A stretch of 64,000 nt of DNA from Gammaproteobacteria bacterium (GCA_021731145.1 JAKFXX010000007.1:72108-136107); one strand, 5' to 3'. Numbered from the stretch's first letter, positions 36,037 through 47,279 are shown. Translations and numbers: made by a program. The notes: generated from the sequence alone by a model not told the origin.

Positions 36037-37107
36037 CTACGGATTTTTCACCATATCATACAGCCGGATATCCCGTTCCGCCTGCATGACCAGTGCATAG
36101 CTCACGCGCTCGAAGGTGCGAAACACCATGAGCAGACCGGCGCGCTCATCAGGCAGCTTTACCATATTGTTCGCGCCAGGATTGATCGTGTCGCGCACGG
36201 TGGTGCCGGACTGAAGGACGGCCAGCACATGGCCCGGCTCCATGCCATTCTGCGTGCCCAGGTTGAGCGCTACCACCTGATTCCGGCCGATTTTGGAGAC
36301 GCCGTCGGCTACCGCAATGATATTGCCAGAGGTTGCCTTTTCCGGTGCATGAGGGAAAAAATCCCGGCTGGCATCCTTTTCCTCTTGCGGGAACAGGTTA
36401 TCGCCAATCAAGGTCTCACGATAGGCGTTGGTGATGCGTAATGTTGTGGGATCGCCCGCGCGCTCCACGCTGGCATCGGCGACCTGGATGGTCTCATAGC
36501 CCAGGATGTCTTCTTTTTTGGCGCCGGGGTTGCGGTACGCCTTGCCGCGGTGAAATACGCCAAAGCGGGGGGTAATCGCGTCCGCCATCTTGCGCGCATA
36601 TATCTTGCTCCCGGTGCCGACTGCCTGGCGGCCTTCCTCAAATGCAACGACATAAGGCGCATTTTCGATCTCGCTCGCACTGACCACGCGTGCGCGCAAC
36701 AGGAAGGGTTCGATGGCATCCATGGCGATGGCGGGGATGGCACTGTTCAGGCCGGAAACGCGGATCTGGGGAGACAGCTTTACCGTCGGCAGGTTTGATG
36801 TGGACTGCGCGGTGCGTTCGATTTGCAGTACCGGCTTGCCGTCCTGCACACCCAGCACAATCACATCGCCCGGATAGATCAGGTGCGGGTTTTTGATCTC
36901 TGGGTTGATATGCCATACATCCGGCCAGCGCCAGGGGTCACGCAGGAAGCGCGCGGAGATGTCCCACAGCGTGTCGCCCTTGACCACCTTGTGGCGGTTG
37001 GGATGATCAGGGTTGAGTGCTACGGTATCCGCCAGCGCGGCTGACACGGTGGCGGCGCTGGCCAGAAGCGCGAAACACAGGCCCACCAAGGTCTTTTTGG
37101 TCAACAT
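36037..37107 (-). CDS. LysM peptidoglycan-binding domain protein
   Basis: It has a signal peptide and a LysM motif (HKVVKGDTLWDISARFL...YPGDVIVL). It is divergent from def, as in many proteobacteria. Confidence 0.8.
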   Translation of the reverse strand: MLTKKTLVGLCFALLASAATVSAALADTVALNPDHPNRHKVVKGDTLWDISARFLRDPWRWPDVWHINPEIKNPHLIYPGDVIVLGVQDGKPVLQIERTAQSTSNLPTVKLSPQIRVSGLNSAIPAIAMDAIEPFLLRARVVSASEIENAPYVVAFEEGRQAVGTGSKIYARKMADAITPRFGVFHRGKAYRNPGAKKEDILGYETIQVADASVERAGDPTTLRITNAYRETLIGDNLFPQEEKDASRDFFPHAPEKATSGNIIAVADGVSKIGRNQVVALNLGTQNGMEPGHVLAVLQSGTTVRDTINPGANNMVKLPDERAGLLMVFRTFERVSYALVMQAERDIRLYDMVKNP

Positions 37108-37200
37108 AATCGTCCTTATTGCATGTGGCGCCGGGAGCGCCTATCTATTATGATCATTCCTTATATCGGACTCACATCGCATTAAGTTAACGGTTATCTG

Positions 37201-37704
37201 ATGGCTATTCTTCCAATTTTGCATTATCCCGACCCGCGGTTGCGCAACAAGGCTGCTCCAGTCGCCAAGGTTGATGGTAAACTCCGCGCCCTGATCGACG
37301 ATATGTTCGAGACCATGTATCAGGCGCCGGGCATCGGCCTGGCGGCGCCCCAGGTTGATGTTGCCCTGCGTGTGCTCGTTATTGATATCTCGGAGCAGCG
37401 CAATGCGCCATTATGCCTGATTAATCCGGAAATCCTGCACATGGAAGGCGTAGAGCAGATGGAGGAAGGCTGTCTCTCGGTGCCGGGAATTTACGAGCCG
37501 GTGCAGCGTGCCAAGTATATCAAGGTGCGTGCGCTGGACCGCAATGGCGCATCATTTGATCTGGATGCCGACGATCTGCTGGCCGTGTGCATCCAGCACG
37601 AGATGGATCACCTGGACGGCAAGTTGTTTGTCGATTATTTGTCTGAATTAAAACGGCAGCGCCTCCGCAAAAAGCTGGAAAAAGTGCGCCGCCAGACCTT
37701 ATAA
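37201..37704 (+). CDS. def: Peptide deformylase
   Basis: It has the motifs [14 protein letters not shown] and HEMDHL. Confidence 0.95.
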   Translation: MAILPILHYPDPRLRNKAAPVAKVDGKLRALIDDMFETMYQAPGIGLAAPQVDVALRVLVIDISEQRNAPLCLINPEILHMEGVEQMEEGCLSVPGIYEPVQRAKYIKVRALDRNGASFDLDADDLLAVCIQHEMDHLDGKLFVDYLSELKRQRLRKKLEKVRRQTL

Positions 37705-37721
37705 ATAAAAAGTAGAAAATC

Positions 37722-38711
37722 TTGAAATCCAGTCTCAATATCATCTTTGCCGGCACACCCGAATTCGCCGTCGCGCCGCTGCGGGCATTGCTCGCGACGG
37801 AACATACCGTGTGCGCGGTCTATACCCAGCCGGATCGCCCGGCAGGCAGGGGCCGCAAGCTCACTGCCAGCCCGGTCAAGTGTGTGGCGCTTGAACACGG
37901 CATCCCGGTGTATCAGCCGGTCAGTCTCAAGTCCGCGGAAGAGCAGGCGCGGCTACAGGCATTGCAGGCTGATCTGATGGTGGTGGTTGCCTATGGCCTG
38001 ATACTGCCGTCCCCGGTGCTGGAGGCGCCGCGCCTGGGCTGCGTGAATATTCACGCCTCGCTGCTGCCGCGCTGGCGCGGCGCCGCGCCGCTCCAGCGCG
38101 CCATCCTGGCGGGTGATACCGAGACAGGTATTACCATCATGCAAATGGATGTGGGTCTGGATACCGGCGCCATGCTGGTGCGTGCATCCTGCCCCATCCT
38201 GCCGGATGACACCACGCAAACCCTGCACGACCGGCTGGCGGCGCTGGGCGCGCAAACGCTGCTGCCAGTGCTGGAACAGCTTGACAATGGCACGGCGCAC
38301 GCCACCCCGCAGGATGACAGCCTGGCTTGTTACGCCGCCAAGATTGACAAGACTGAGGCGGTGATAGATTGGTCACGGCCTGCCGTGGAGCTGGAACGCA
38401 AGGTGCGCGCATTCAATCCCTGGCCGGTGGCGCGTACACTTTTGGGTGAGACACCGCTGCATGTCTGGGGGGCACAGGTGGTGGCAGGCGATGCGGGCCA
38501 GCCGCCGGGGACCATCCTGTCTGCCGGAAAGGAAGGCATTGATGTCGCCACAGGCAGCGGCATTCTGCGCCTGCTGCAACTCCAGGTGCCGGGCGGCCGT
38601 CCCATGTCGACCGCCGATTTTTTGAACGCCCATCGTAATTTGGTGACTATAGGCATCACGCTTACCCTGAAGGACAGCGCGCAGCCTCCCCTCCGGGGGA
38701 CAAGCAAATGA
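37722..38711 (+). CDS. fmt: Methionyl-tRNA formyltransferase
   Basis: The N-terminus is IIFAGTPEFAV with an SLLPRWRGAAP motif. It follows def. Confidence 0.95.
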   Translation: MKSSLNIIFAGTPEFAVAPLRALLATEHTVCAVYTQPDRPAGRGRKLTASPVKCVALEHGIPVYQPVSLKSAEEQARLQALQADLMVVVAYGLILPSPVLEAPRLGCVNIHASLLPRWRGAAPLQRAILAGDTETGITIMQMDVGLDTGAMLVRASCPILPDDTTQTLHDRLAALGAQTLLPVLEQLDNGTAHATPQDDSLACYAAKIDKTEAVIDWSRPAVELERKVRAFNPWPVARTLLGETPLHVWGAQVVAGDAGQPPGTILSAGKEGIDVATGSGILRLLQLQVPGGRPMSTADFLNAHRNLVTIGITLTLKDSAQPPLRGTSK

Positions 38712-40147
38712 AATCAAGAACCGCCGCCGCGAAGGTATTGGCTCAGGTAGTGGGCAAAGGGCGTTCGCTGGGCGGGATTCTTGCGCCCACGCTTGCTCAG
38801 TTGCGTAAGGACGGGGATCGGGCATTGGCGCAGGAGTTGTGTTACGGCGTGCTGCGCTGGTATCCACGGTTGGCCGCGCTATTGGAGCGGTTGTTGAGCA
38901 AACCGCTGAAAGAGCGCGATGAGGATGTGCGCGGCCTGTTGCTGCTGGGCTTGTATCAAATTATCTACATGCGCGTGCCGGATCATGCCGCAGTGGGCGA
39001 GACGGTGGCAGCGGCCAGGGACTTGGGTAAGCCGTGGGCGGGTGGGCTGGTGAATGCCGTTTTGCGCAATTATTTGCGCGATAGCGCCCATTTGCTGGAA
39101 GAGGTGGATCAAAACGAGGCGGCGGCGCTGGCCCATCCCGCATGGTTGCTGGAATTGCTCAAGAACGCCTGGCCGGGTGACTGGCAGGCTATCGTCACGG
39201 CCAATAACCAGCGCCCGCCGATGGCGCTGCGCGTCAACGCCCGGCATATGGAGCGCGACGCCTATCTGCGCATGCTGGTAGGTGACGGGATCGCCGCGCA
39301 TCCGGCGCCGCATACCACGCACGGGGTCATTCTGGAACAGCCCACCGATGTTGAACGCCTGCCCGGATTCAACGAGGGGTGGGTGTCGGTGCAGGATAGC
39401 GCGGCCCAGCTCGCGGCAACGTTGCTCGATGTCCAGCCCGGCCAGCGCGTGCTCGACGCCTGCGCGGCACCCGGCGGCAAGGCGGCGCATATCCTGGAGT
39501 CACAGCCCGGCGTTGATCTGACGGCGCTGGATAACGATGCCGCACGCCTGAAGCGTGTGGACGGGAATTTGCGGCGCTTGCGACCGCCAGGGATGGCGGC
39601 CGTTCCTGCGCATCCGGCAACTGCTCCCCGCGTTGCTCTACCTCCGGCATCCATGCCGTCGCCTGCGCCCACGGCACTTGTGCATCCCTGCACGGCGGAA
39701 GTACTGGAAAGGCAGGAGCAGTTTCCAGTGCAGGTTCGCCTGATCGAGGGTGATGCCGCCCAGCCTGCCGCGTGGTGGGATGGCGTCATGTACGATCGCA
39801 TCCTGCTTGATGCGCCGTGCTCGGCGACCGGTGTGATACGCCGCCACCCCGATATCAAAATCCTGCGCAGGCCAGGCGATATTGCCGCGCTGGCGGAGCT
39901 GCAAGGGCGTATGCTGCAGGCGCTATGGCCCTTGCTGAAGCCGGGGGGGGTGTTTTTGTACGCCACCTGCTCCATACTGCCACAGGAAAATGAGCAGCAG
40001 GTAACGCGCTTTCTGGCGGCGCAAACGGACGCCTGCGAAAAGGTTATCGATGCTTCATGGGGAAATCCAAGGGAGGCGGGGCGGCAGATCCTGCCTGGCG
40101 AGAACGGCATGGACGGGTTTTATTATGCGTGTTTGCAAAAAACATAG
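38708..40147 (+). CDS. rsmB: 16S rRNA (cytosine967-C5)-methyltransferase RsmB, with an unusual Pro/Ala-rich internal insertion
   Basis: It has a NusB-like N-terminus and SAM-methyltransferase motifs (DACAAPGGK; DRILLDAPCSATGVIRRHPD). It sits in the fmt-rsmB synteny. There is a roughly 45-aa insertion (PPGMAAVPAHPATAPRVALPPASMPSPAPTALVHPCTAEVLERQEQFP). Confidence 0.9.
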   Translation: MKSRTAAAKVLAQVVGKGRSLGGILAPTLAQLRKDGDRALAQELCYGVLRWYPRLAALLERLLSKPLKERDEDVRGLLLLGLYQIIYMRVPDHAAVGETVAAARDLGKPWAGGLVNAVLRNYLRDSAHLLEEVDQNEAAALAHPAWLLELLKNAWPGDWQAIVTANNQRPPMALRVNARHMERDAYLRMLVGDGIAAHPAPHTTHGVILEQPTDVERLPGFNEGWVSVQDSAAQLAATLLDVQPGQRVLDACAAPGGKAAHILESQPGVDLTALDNDAARLKRVDGNLRRLRPPGMAAVPAHPATAPRVALPPASMPSPAPTALVHPCTAEVLERQEQFPVQVRLIEGDAAQPAAWWDGVMYDRILLDAPCSATGVIRRHPDIKILRRPGDIAALAELQGRMLQALWPLLKPGGVFLYATCSILPQENEQQVTRFLAAQTDACEKVIDASWGNPREAGRQILPGENGMDGFYYACLQKT

Positions 40148-40168
40148 GGCTTCGTTGCTAAAAGCCTT

Positions 40169-40753
40169 ATGAGAAACCGGAACGGCAACGCGTTCTTATC
40201 AACACTGGCCATGTTCATGGCCGGCCTGATGTGTTTCGGCACTGCCTGGGGTGAAAACTCAAATGGCGAATTTACCGTGCGCGGCGTGGAGACAGAGCTG
40301 GTCGACAAGGTGTACCGGCTTGACGCGCGCATCGACTATCAGCTCAGCGACCGGATGCTGGATGCGTTGCATAAAGGCATACCGCTGACCATCGCGATGG
40401 ACATCGAGGTGTGGCGCAAGCGGCAATATCTCTGGAACGAGCAACTCGCCGCAGTAACGCAACGCTATCAGCTTTCCTATCACGCGCTGACGCGTCAATA
40501 CCAGATCAAAAACCTCAATACCGGCATACAAAATGGTTTTCCAACGCTGCATGCGGCCTTGGAGATGCTGGGCACGGTTGATGATTTTCCGATGCTGGAC
40601 CAGCAATTGCTGCGGGCGGGTGAAACATACGAGGCGCGCTTGCGTACTCGTCTGGATATCGAGGCGCTGCCGGTGCCGATCCGTTTGTTGGCCTATATCT
40701 ACGCCGGATGGCGCGTAAGCAGCGAGTGGCATACATGGTCATTGCGGCTCTAA
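40169..40753 (+). CDS. DUF4390 domain protein
   Basis: It has a signal peptide and occupies the conserved position between rsmB and the NtrY-like kinase in betaproteobacteria. Confidence 0.65.
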   Translation: MRNRNGNAFLSTLAMFMAGLMCFGTAWGENSNGEFTVRGVETELVDKVYRLDARIDYQLSDRMLDALHKGIPLTIAMDIEVWRKRQYLWNEQLAAVTQRYQLSYHALTRQYQIKNLNTGIQNGFPTLHAALEMLGTVDDFPMLDQQLLRAGETYEARLRTRLDIEALPVPIRLLAYIYAGWRVSSEWHTWSLRL

Positions 40754-42924
40754 AACGCACCGGCTCGGGCATTGCGCCGGTGGTAGTGCTGTTTGTGCTG
40801 CTGCTGGCGTCGCTCTACATGATGAGCAGCGCGACGCAAAATTCAGCGGAGTTTGGCCGCCTCTATTCTGTCCTGCTGGTGGTCAACATCCTGGAGCTGG
40901 TGCTTCTGGTGGGCCTGATTACCGCCAATCTTTATCGCCTGGTGCGCCAGTACCGGGCCGGCGTGGTGGGGTCACGGCTCACCGCGCGGCTGGTGGTCAT
41001 ATTCGTGATCCTCTCAGTGGTGCCGGTATCGCTGGTGTATTATTTCTCGCTGGATTTTTTGCGGCGCGGGATTGATAGCTGGTTTGACGTGCGCATCGAA
41101 AAGGCGCTGGGTGACGCGCTGGAATTGAGCCGCACCGCACTTGATGCGCGCATGCGCGACCTGCTGCGGCAAACCGAGTTGATGGCGCGGGAGATGGAAG
41201 ACATCCCCAATGGCCAGGTCATCTTTGATATGGACAAATTGCGCCAGCGTAGCGGGGCCTCTGATCTTACCTTGCTGACCCCGCAAGGCCACATTCTCGC
41301 CATTAGCAGCGATGACCCCACCATGGCCTCCCCTACCCAGCCCAGTGAGGCGATATTGCAACGGGTGCGGCAGGGGATCACCTATGTCGGGCTTGATCCG
41401 ATCCGCGACACAGGCCTCTATGTGCGGACGGTGGTCACAGTGCCTGGCCTCGATCCCGGCAGTCCGCCGCGCCTGCTGCAGGGGCTGTTCCCGGTCGCGG
41501 GGCGCATGAGTGAGCTGGCCGAGGGGGTGCAATCCGTTTATGCCCGGTACCAGGAGTTGGGCTATATGCGCGAGCCGCTCAAGCTCAGTTTTACCCTGAC
41601 CTTGTCGCTGGTGTTGTGGCTCAGCGTGCTGATGGCGGTATGGGCCGCGTTTTTTTCGGCGCGGCGTTTGACGGAGCCGGTGCGGGTGCTGGCGCTGGGT
41701 ACGCGTGCGGTGGCGGCAGGCGACTATGACCAGCGGCTGCCGTTGCTGCCCAGCCATGACGAGCTGGGCTTTCTGGTACAGTCATTCAACGATATGACGC
41801 GCAAGATATCGCTCGCCCGCGACGAGGCCCAACGCAGCCATCAACAGGCCGAAACTCAGCGCGCCTATCTGGAAGCGGTGCTGGACCGGCTGTCTTCCGG
41901 TGTACTGACATTGGATGGGCAACACATTCCGCGCACGGCAAACATCGCCGCAAGCCAGATTCTTGGCGCGGATCTCGATAATAATATTATTGGCGAACCT
42001 CTCGATCAGCTTGGCGGCGTCTATCCTCATCTTAGCGGTTTTGCCAAGGCTCTTGCGCCGCATTTGACGGGCGCGCCGCGGGAATGGCGCGAGGAAGTGG
42101 TTTTGTTTGGCGCGGGCGGACGGCAGGTATTGATGTGCCGTGGTGCACCGCTGTCCGACACGGCAGGCGAGACGGGAGGACATGTGGTCGTGTTCGATGA
42201 CATCACAAACCTGATCCAGGCGCAGCGTGATGCGGCGTGGGGCGAGGTGGCCCGGCGTCTGGCGCACGAGATCAAGAACCCGCTCACACCTATCCAGCTT
42301 TCCGCCGAGCGTCTGCGGCATAAATACCTCAAAACCATGAACGCAGAGGACGCGGACGTACTGGACCGCTCCACCCATACCATCATCCAGCAGGTGCAGA
42401 CCATGCAGGAAATGGTCAAGGCCTTTTCCGATTATGCGCGCGCGCCGAAGCTGATGCTGCATCCGCTGGATCTGAATCGCCTGATCAACGAGGTGCTGGA
42501 TCTCTATCGCGGAGATGCAAGGGTGCGGACCAAGGCGCGCCTCGATCCGCAACTGCCGCGCATCGAGGCCGATGCAGGGCGCTTCCGGCAATTGCTGCAC
42601 AACCTCATCAAAAACGCCCTTGATGCCATTGGTGAAAACGCCGGGTGTTGCGTTACCATCACCACACAATGGCTACACGAACCGGATTTTCAGAGCATCG
42701 AACTGCGCGTGCAGGACAATGGCCCAGGCATCACGCCGGAGATTCTTGCCCGCCTTTTTGAGCCCGGCGTCAGCAGCAAAGCCAAGGGCGGCGGGCTGGG
42801 GCTGGCGATTGTGAAAAAGATCGTTGAAGAACACGGCGGCGTGGTGTGGGCGGAAAATGTCCCCGGCGACGGCGCCTGTATCGTGGTGCGTCTCCCGCTG
42901 CAAAGCGCTGGAGCAGCCGCGTGA
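40708..42924 (+). CDS. ntrY: Sensor histidine kinase, NtrY-like (transmembrane, HAMP, PAS, HisKA, HATPase)
   Basis: It has N-terminal transmembrane helices, a HAMP domain, an H-box (LAHEIKNPLTPIQLSAERL) and G-boxes (GGGLGLAIVKKIVEEHGG). It is followed by a sigma-54 activator. Confidence 0.75.
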   Translation: MARKQRVAYMVIAALKRTGSGIAPVVVLFVLLLASLYMMSSATQNSAEFGRLYSVLLVVNILELVLLVGLITANLYRLVRQYRAGVVGSRLTARLVVIFVILSVVPVSLVYYFSLDFLRRGIDSWFDVRIEKALGDALELSRTALDARMRDLLRQTELMAREMEDIPNGQVIFDMDKLRQRSGASDLTLLTPQGHILAISSDDPTMASPTQPSEAILQRVRQGITYVGLDPIRDTGLYVRTVVTVPGLDPGSPPRLLQGLFPVAGRMSELAEGVQSVYARYQELGYMREPLKLSFTLTLSLVLWLSVLMAVWAAFFSARRLTEPVRVLALGTRAVAAGDYDQRLPLLPSHDELGFLVQSFNDMTRKISLARDEAQRSHQQAETQRAYLEAVLDRLSSGVLTLDGQHIPRTANIAASQILGADLDNNIIGEPLDQLGGVYPHLSGFAKALAPHLTGAPREWREEVVLFGAGGRQVLMCRGAPLSDTAGETGGHVVVFDDITNLIQAQRDAAWGEVARRLAHEIKNPLTPIQLSAERLRHKYLKTMNAEDADVLDRSTHTIIQQVQTMQEMVKAFSDYARAPKLMLHPLDLNRLINEVLDLYRGDARVRTKARLDPQLPRIEADAGRFRQLLHNLIKNALDAIGENAGCCVTITTQWLHEPDFQSIELRVQDNGPGITPEILARLFEPGVSSKAKGGGLGLAIVKKIVEEHGGVVWAENVPGDGACIVVRLPLQSAGAAA

Positions 42925-42962
42925 GCGCATCCATCGGACATTTGTACAAAGGATAACAGCGC

Positions 42963-44333
42963 ATGAGCATGGCCTATATTCTGGTGGTGGACGACGAGCG
43001 CGACATCCGCGAACTGGTCAAGGAAATCCTGGTTGACGAGGGATACGAGGTCGCTATCGCGGAGAACGGTGAGGCGGCGCAGCGCGCGCGGCGCGAACGC
43101 CGTCCTGATCTGGTGCTGCTGGATATCTGGATGCCGGACATCGACGGTATCTCGCTGCTCAAGGAGTGGGGGGCCGAAGAGGGCGATGCGTTGCCGCCGG
43201 TCATCATGATGTCCGGACACGGCACTGTGGAAACTGCGGTGGAGGCCACCCGTTTAGGCGCCTACGACTTTCTGGAAAAACCCTTGTCCATGGCCAAGCT
43301 GCTGTTGACCATCAAACGCGCGCTGGAGGCCGACCGGCTGCGCCGGGAAAACCTCGGGTTGCGGCGCCACGATCAGACGGTAACGGAACCCGTGGGCCAC
43401 GGCACGGTAATGCACCATCTGCGCGAACAGGCCAGGCGCATCGCCCAGCACGACGCCTGGGTTCTGATCACTGGCGAGCCGGGCAGCGGCAAGGAGTTGT
43501 TTGCCCGTTATCTGCACGCCAACAGTGCGCGTCGCAATGGTCCGTTTATTGATGCCGGTATTCCGCAGGGCAATCCGGCTATCGAATTGTTTGGCAGTGA
43601 AGAAAGCGGAAAGATTCATTACGGGCGCTTTGAGCAAGCCAACGGCGGCACCCTGTTCCTGGATGAGATCGGCGATATGGATGCCGCGTTGCAGGCGCGC
43701 CTGCTACGCGCCCTGCAAAGCCGCTCCTTCACGAGGGTGGGCGGCAGCGAGCCGGTGAAGCTCGACGCGCGCGTTCTCGCAGCCACGCATCACGATCTGG
43801 CGCAGGATGTCCAGGCCAAGCGCTTCCGTGAAGACCTTTATTATCAGTTAAACGTAGTGCCGCTACGCGTACCCCCGTTACGCGAACATTGCGAAGACGT
43901 TCCCGAATTGCTCAACTATTACATGAACGTTTTCGTCAATCAGGACAACATGCCCTACCGCCGCTTCAGCATGGCGGCGCAAAACCGCCTGCGCAATTAT
44001 CCATGGCCGGGCAACGTCCGCGAATTGAAAAACCTGGTGCAGCGCCTGCTGATTCTCGGGACAGGCGCCGAAATCGGCGTCGATGAAGTGGAGGCCGCGT
44101 TGGGCGAGGCGCCCGCCAGCGTAACTGCGACATCAACACTGGGCTTTGATTTACCCTTGCGCGAGGCGCGCGACCGTTTTGAAAAGGCCTATCTGGAATA
44201 TCAATTGCGCGAGACGGGCGGCAACATTACCAAGGTGGCCAAGCTGGCGGGCATGGAACGCACCCATTTGTACCGCAAAATGCGGGCTTTGGGCATAAGC
44301 ATCGGCGATGTACAAGAAACAGCGGATCAGTGA
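42963..44333 (+). CDS. ntrX: Sigma-54-dependent response regulator, NtrX-like (REC, AAA+, Fis HTH)
   Basis: It has a REC domain (ILVVDDERDIRELV...DLVLLDIWMPD), AAA+ motifs (GEPGSGKELFAR; GAFTGA-like region) and a C-terminal HTH. Confidence 0.8.
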   Translation: MSMAYILVVDDERDIRELVKEILVDEGYEVAIAENGEAAQRARRERRPDLVLLDIWMPDIDGISLLKEWGAEEGDALPPVIMMSGHGTVETAVEATRLGAYDFLEKPLSMAKLLLTIKRALEADRLRRENLGLRRHDQTVTEPVGHGTVMHHLREQARRIAQHDAWVLITGEPGSGKELFARYLHANSARRNGPFIDAGIPQGNPAIELFGSEESGKIHYGRFEQANGGTLFLDEIGDMDAALQARLLRALQSRSFTRVGGSEPVKLDARVLAATHHDLAQDVQAKRFREDLYYQLNVVPLRVPPLREHCEDVPELLNYYMNVFVNQDNMPYRRFSMAAQNRLRNYPWPGNVRELKNLVQRLLILGTGAEIGVDEVEAALGEAPASVTATSTLGFDLPLREARDRFEKAYLEYQLRETGGNITKVAKLAGMERTHLYRKMRALGISIGDVQETADQ

Positions 44334-44369
44334 TAAGATTGCCGCCCTTGTTTTGGATTGTGAACTGAC

Positions 44370-45743
44370 ATGAAGATCATCATCCTCGGCGCAGGCCAGG
44401 TAGGTTCGTCGGTAGCCGCCAATCTGGTCAGCGAGGCCAACGATATCACGGTGGTGGATACCAACCAGGATCTCCTGCAAAATCTCCAGGACCGTTTCGA
44501 CCTGCGCACCGTGTGCGGCGAGGCCTCCCATCCCGAGGTGCTGCGGCGCGCCGGAGCAGAGGATGCGGACATGATCCTCGCCGTCACCAACAGTGATGAA
44601 ACCAACATGGTAGCGTGCCAGGTAGCGTACACGCTGTTTCACACCCCCACCAAAATCGCGCGCGTGCGTTCCAACGAATATCTTAGCCATCCCCAGCTAT
44701 TCACCAATGATGCGCTCCCTGTCGATTTTCTGATCAGTCCCGATCAGGCAGTGACAGATTATATCCAGCGCCTTATAGAATACCCCGGCGCGCTCCAGGT
44801 GCTCGATTTTGCTCATGGCAAGGTGCGGCTGGTGGCGGTGCGTGCCTATCATGACGGACCACTGGTAGGGCGTGAACTGCGCGCCCTGCGCGAGCACATG
44901 CCGGGTGTTCAGACGCGCGTTGCCGCCATCTTCCGCCGTGATGCGCCTATCGTTCCCGAGGGCAATACCGTCATCGAAGTGGATGACGAAGTATTTTTCA
45001 TTGCCGCCAGCAAAGACATCCGCGCGGTGATGGGAGAGCTGAGGCGGCTGGACAGCCCCATCAAGCGCGTGATGATCGCGGGCGGCGGCAACATCGGAAA
45101 ACGTCTGGCCAAGGCGCTGGAAAATGACTACCAGATCAAGGTTATCGAACACAACCAGAAGCGTGCGCGCGCCCTGTCGGAAGAGCTGAAAAAGGCCATC
45201 GTCCTGCTGGGCGATGCCACCGATGAAGATCTATTGCGCGAAGAAAATATCGAGGCCACTGATATATTCTGCGCGCTGACCAATGACGACGAAGATAATA
45301 TCCTCTCCGCGATGCTTGCCAAGCGCCTTGGCGCACGCAAGGTGATGGCGTTGATCAATCGCTCTGCCTATGTCGATCTGGTGGAGAGCGGCACGATAGA
45401 CATCGCAATATCCCCCCACCAGGCGATGATCGGCAGCCTGTTGGCTCATGTGCGGCGTGGTGATGTTGCGGCAGTTCACTCGTTGCGGCGCGGCGCAGCG
45501 GAAGCACTGGAGGCGGTGGCGCACGGCGACCGCAAATCATCAAAAGTGGTGGGGCGCGCCATCCAGGACATCAAACTGCCGCCGGGCGCCAGCATTGGCG
45601 CCATGTTGCGTGGCGATGAGGTCATAATCGCCCATCACGATACCGTGATCGAAGCGGAGGATCACGTCATCCTGTTTCTGGTCGACAAAACCCGTATCCG
45701 CGACGTGGAACGCCTGTTTCAGGTGAGCGCGACGTTTCTTTAA
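44370..45743 (+). CDS. trkA: Trk potassium uptake system protein TrkA (tandem RCK/NAD-binding domains)
   Basis: The N-terminus is [17 protein letters not shown] second Rossmann motif ([14 protein letters not shown]) is present. Confidence 0.9.
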   Translation: MKIIILGAGQVGSSVAANLVSEANDITVVDTNQDLLQNLQDRFDLRTVCGEASHPEVLRRAGAEDADMILAVTNSDETNMVACQVAYTLFHTPTKIARVRSNEYLSHPQLFTNDALPVDFLISPDQAVTDYIQRLIEYPGALQVLDFAHGKVRLVAVRAYHDGPLVGRELRALREHMPGVQTRVAAIFRRDAPIVPEGNTVIEVDDEVFFIAASKDIRAVMGELRRLDSPIKRVMIAGGGNIGKRLAKALENDYQIKVIEHNQKRARALSEELKKAIVLLGDATDEDLLREENIEATDIFCALTNDDEDNILSAMLAKRLGARKVMALINRSAYVDLVESGTIDIAISPHQAMIGSLLAHVRRGDVAAVHSLRRGAAEALEAVAHGDRKSSKVVGRAIQDIKLPPGASIGAMLRGDEVIIAHHDTVIEAEDHVILFLVDKTRIRDVERLFQVSATFL

Positions 45744-45827
45744 AAGTAACAATAATCAAAAATGAAGAGGCATGGTATGGCGTTCCACCGGTTTTCTGAC
45801 TTACTGCTCGTTTCCTGCTGCTGAAAA

Positions 45828-47279
45828 ATGCAACTCTCCGCCATACAACGCATACTCGGTCTTCTGTTGATGCTGTTCAGTATCACCATGCTGCCGCCGG
45901 TAGCGGTGTCCTTTTGGTACGACGACCACACCGCACAATCCTTTCTTCTGGGCTTTGTGTTGACGCTGTTGGCAGGTTTTCTGTGTTGGCTGCCGGTGCG
46001 CGCGTATCGCAAGGAGTTACGCCTGCGCGACGGCTTTCTGATCGTGGTGATTTTCTGGACCGCGTTGAGTATGGTCAGCGCTCTGCCGTTCATGCTCGCC
46101 GAGCATCCGCACATGTCGTTCACAGACTCGGTTTTTGAGTCGGTGTCGGGCTTCACCACCACCGGCGCAACGGTGATGGTCGGCCTCGATCACATGCCGC
46201 AATCCATCCTCTACTACCGGCAGCAACTGCAATTCCTCGGTGGCATGGGAATCGTGGTTCTGGCGGTGGCCATTTTCCCCATGCTCGGCATCGGCGGTAT
46301 GCAGCTCTATCGTGCCGAGACGCCGGGGCCGATGAAAGACAACAAACTTACCCCCCGCATTACCGAAACAGCGCGGGCCTTGTGGTACATCTACCTGGGT
46401 TTGACGGTGGCCTGCGCGCTGGCCTACTGGCTGGCCGGGATGAGCCTGTTCGACGCCATCGGTCACAGCTTTTCCACCATCTCCACCGGCGGTTTTTCCA
46501 CGCATGACGCCAGCCTTGGTCACTTCAACAGCGCACTCATCGACGCTATTGCTACCGTGTTCATGCTGCTTGGCGGGTTCAGCTTCGCGGTGCATTTCAT
46601 GGCATGGCGGGAGAGGGACATCCGCCACTATTGGCGCGACGCGGAGGCGCTCGCCTTCATCGGTATCGTCGCCGCGATAATAGCGATTGTCGTCGTGGTG
46701 CTGATGGTCACGCAAAAGTATCCGGACTTTTGGAGCGCATTGCGCTATGGCTCTCTCCAGGTAGTCACCATGATTACCAGTACCGGTTTCCTGACGGCGG
46801 ACTTCGCATCCTGGCCGCTGTTCCTGCCCGCATTGCTGATTGCCATCGGCTTCATCGGCGGCTGCGCCGGTTCAACTGCAGGCGGCATGAAAGTAGTGCG
46901 TATCCTGCTACTCTACAAGCAGGGCACCCGCGAGATCATGCGCCTGATCCATCCCAGCGCCATTATTCCCGTCAAAATCGGCGAGCGTTCGCTGCCGGAC
47001 CGTATCGTTGAAGCCGTGTGGGGATTCTCCGTCCTTTACATCACCAGCTTTGTTGTTCTGTCGCTGGCTTTGATGGGCACCGGGTTGGACATAGTCACCG
47101 CCTTCTCCGGCGTCGCCACCTGCCTCAACCTCGGTGGCCCTGGCCTCGGTGCAGTGACGATGAATTTTACCATCGTCAATGATGTTGGCATCTGGATACT
47201 GAGCTTCGCCATGCTCCTGGGGCGCCTTGAGGTGTTCACGCTACTGGTGCTGCTGACCCCGGCGTTTTGGCGGAAGTAA
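45828..47279 (+). CDS. trkH: TrkH-family potassium transporter
   Basis: It has multiple transmembrane helices and a TrkH N-terminus (MQLSAIQRILGLLL). It is adjacent to trkA. Confidence 0.85.
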   Translation: MQLSAIQRILGLLLMLFSITMLPPVAVSFWYDDHTAQSFLLGFVLTLLAGFLCWLPVRAYRKELRLRDGFLIVVIFWTALSMVSALPFMLAEHPHMSFTDSVFESVSGFTTTGATVMVGLDHMPQSILYYRQQLQFLGGMGIVVLAVAIFPMLGIGGMQLYRAETPGPMKDNKLTPRITETARALWYIYLGLTVACALAYWLAGMSLFDAIGHSFSTISTGGFSTHDASLGHFNSALIDAIATVFMLLGGFSFAVHFMAWRERDIRHYWRDAEALAFIGIVAAIIAIVVVVLMVTQKYPDFWSALRYGSLQVVTMITSTGFLTADFASWPLFLPALLIAIGFIGGCAGSTAGGMKVVRILLLYKQGTREIMRLIHPSAIIPVKIGERSLPDRIVEAVWGFSVLYITSFVVLSLALMGTGLDIVTAFSGVATCLNLGGPGLGAVTMNFTIVNDVGIWILSFAMLLGRLEVFTLLVLLTPAFWRK

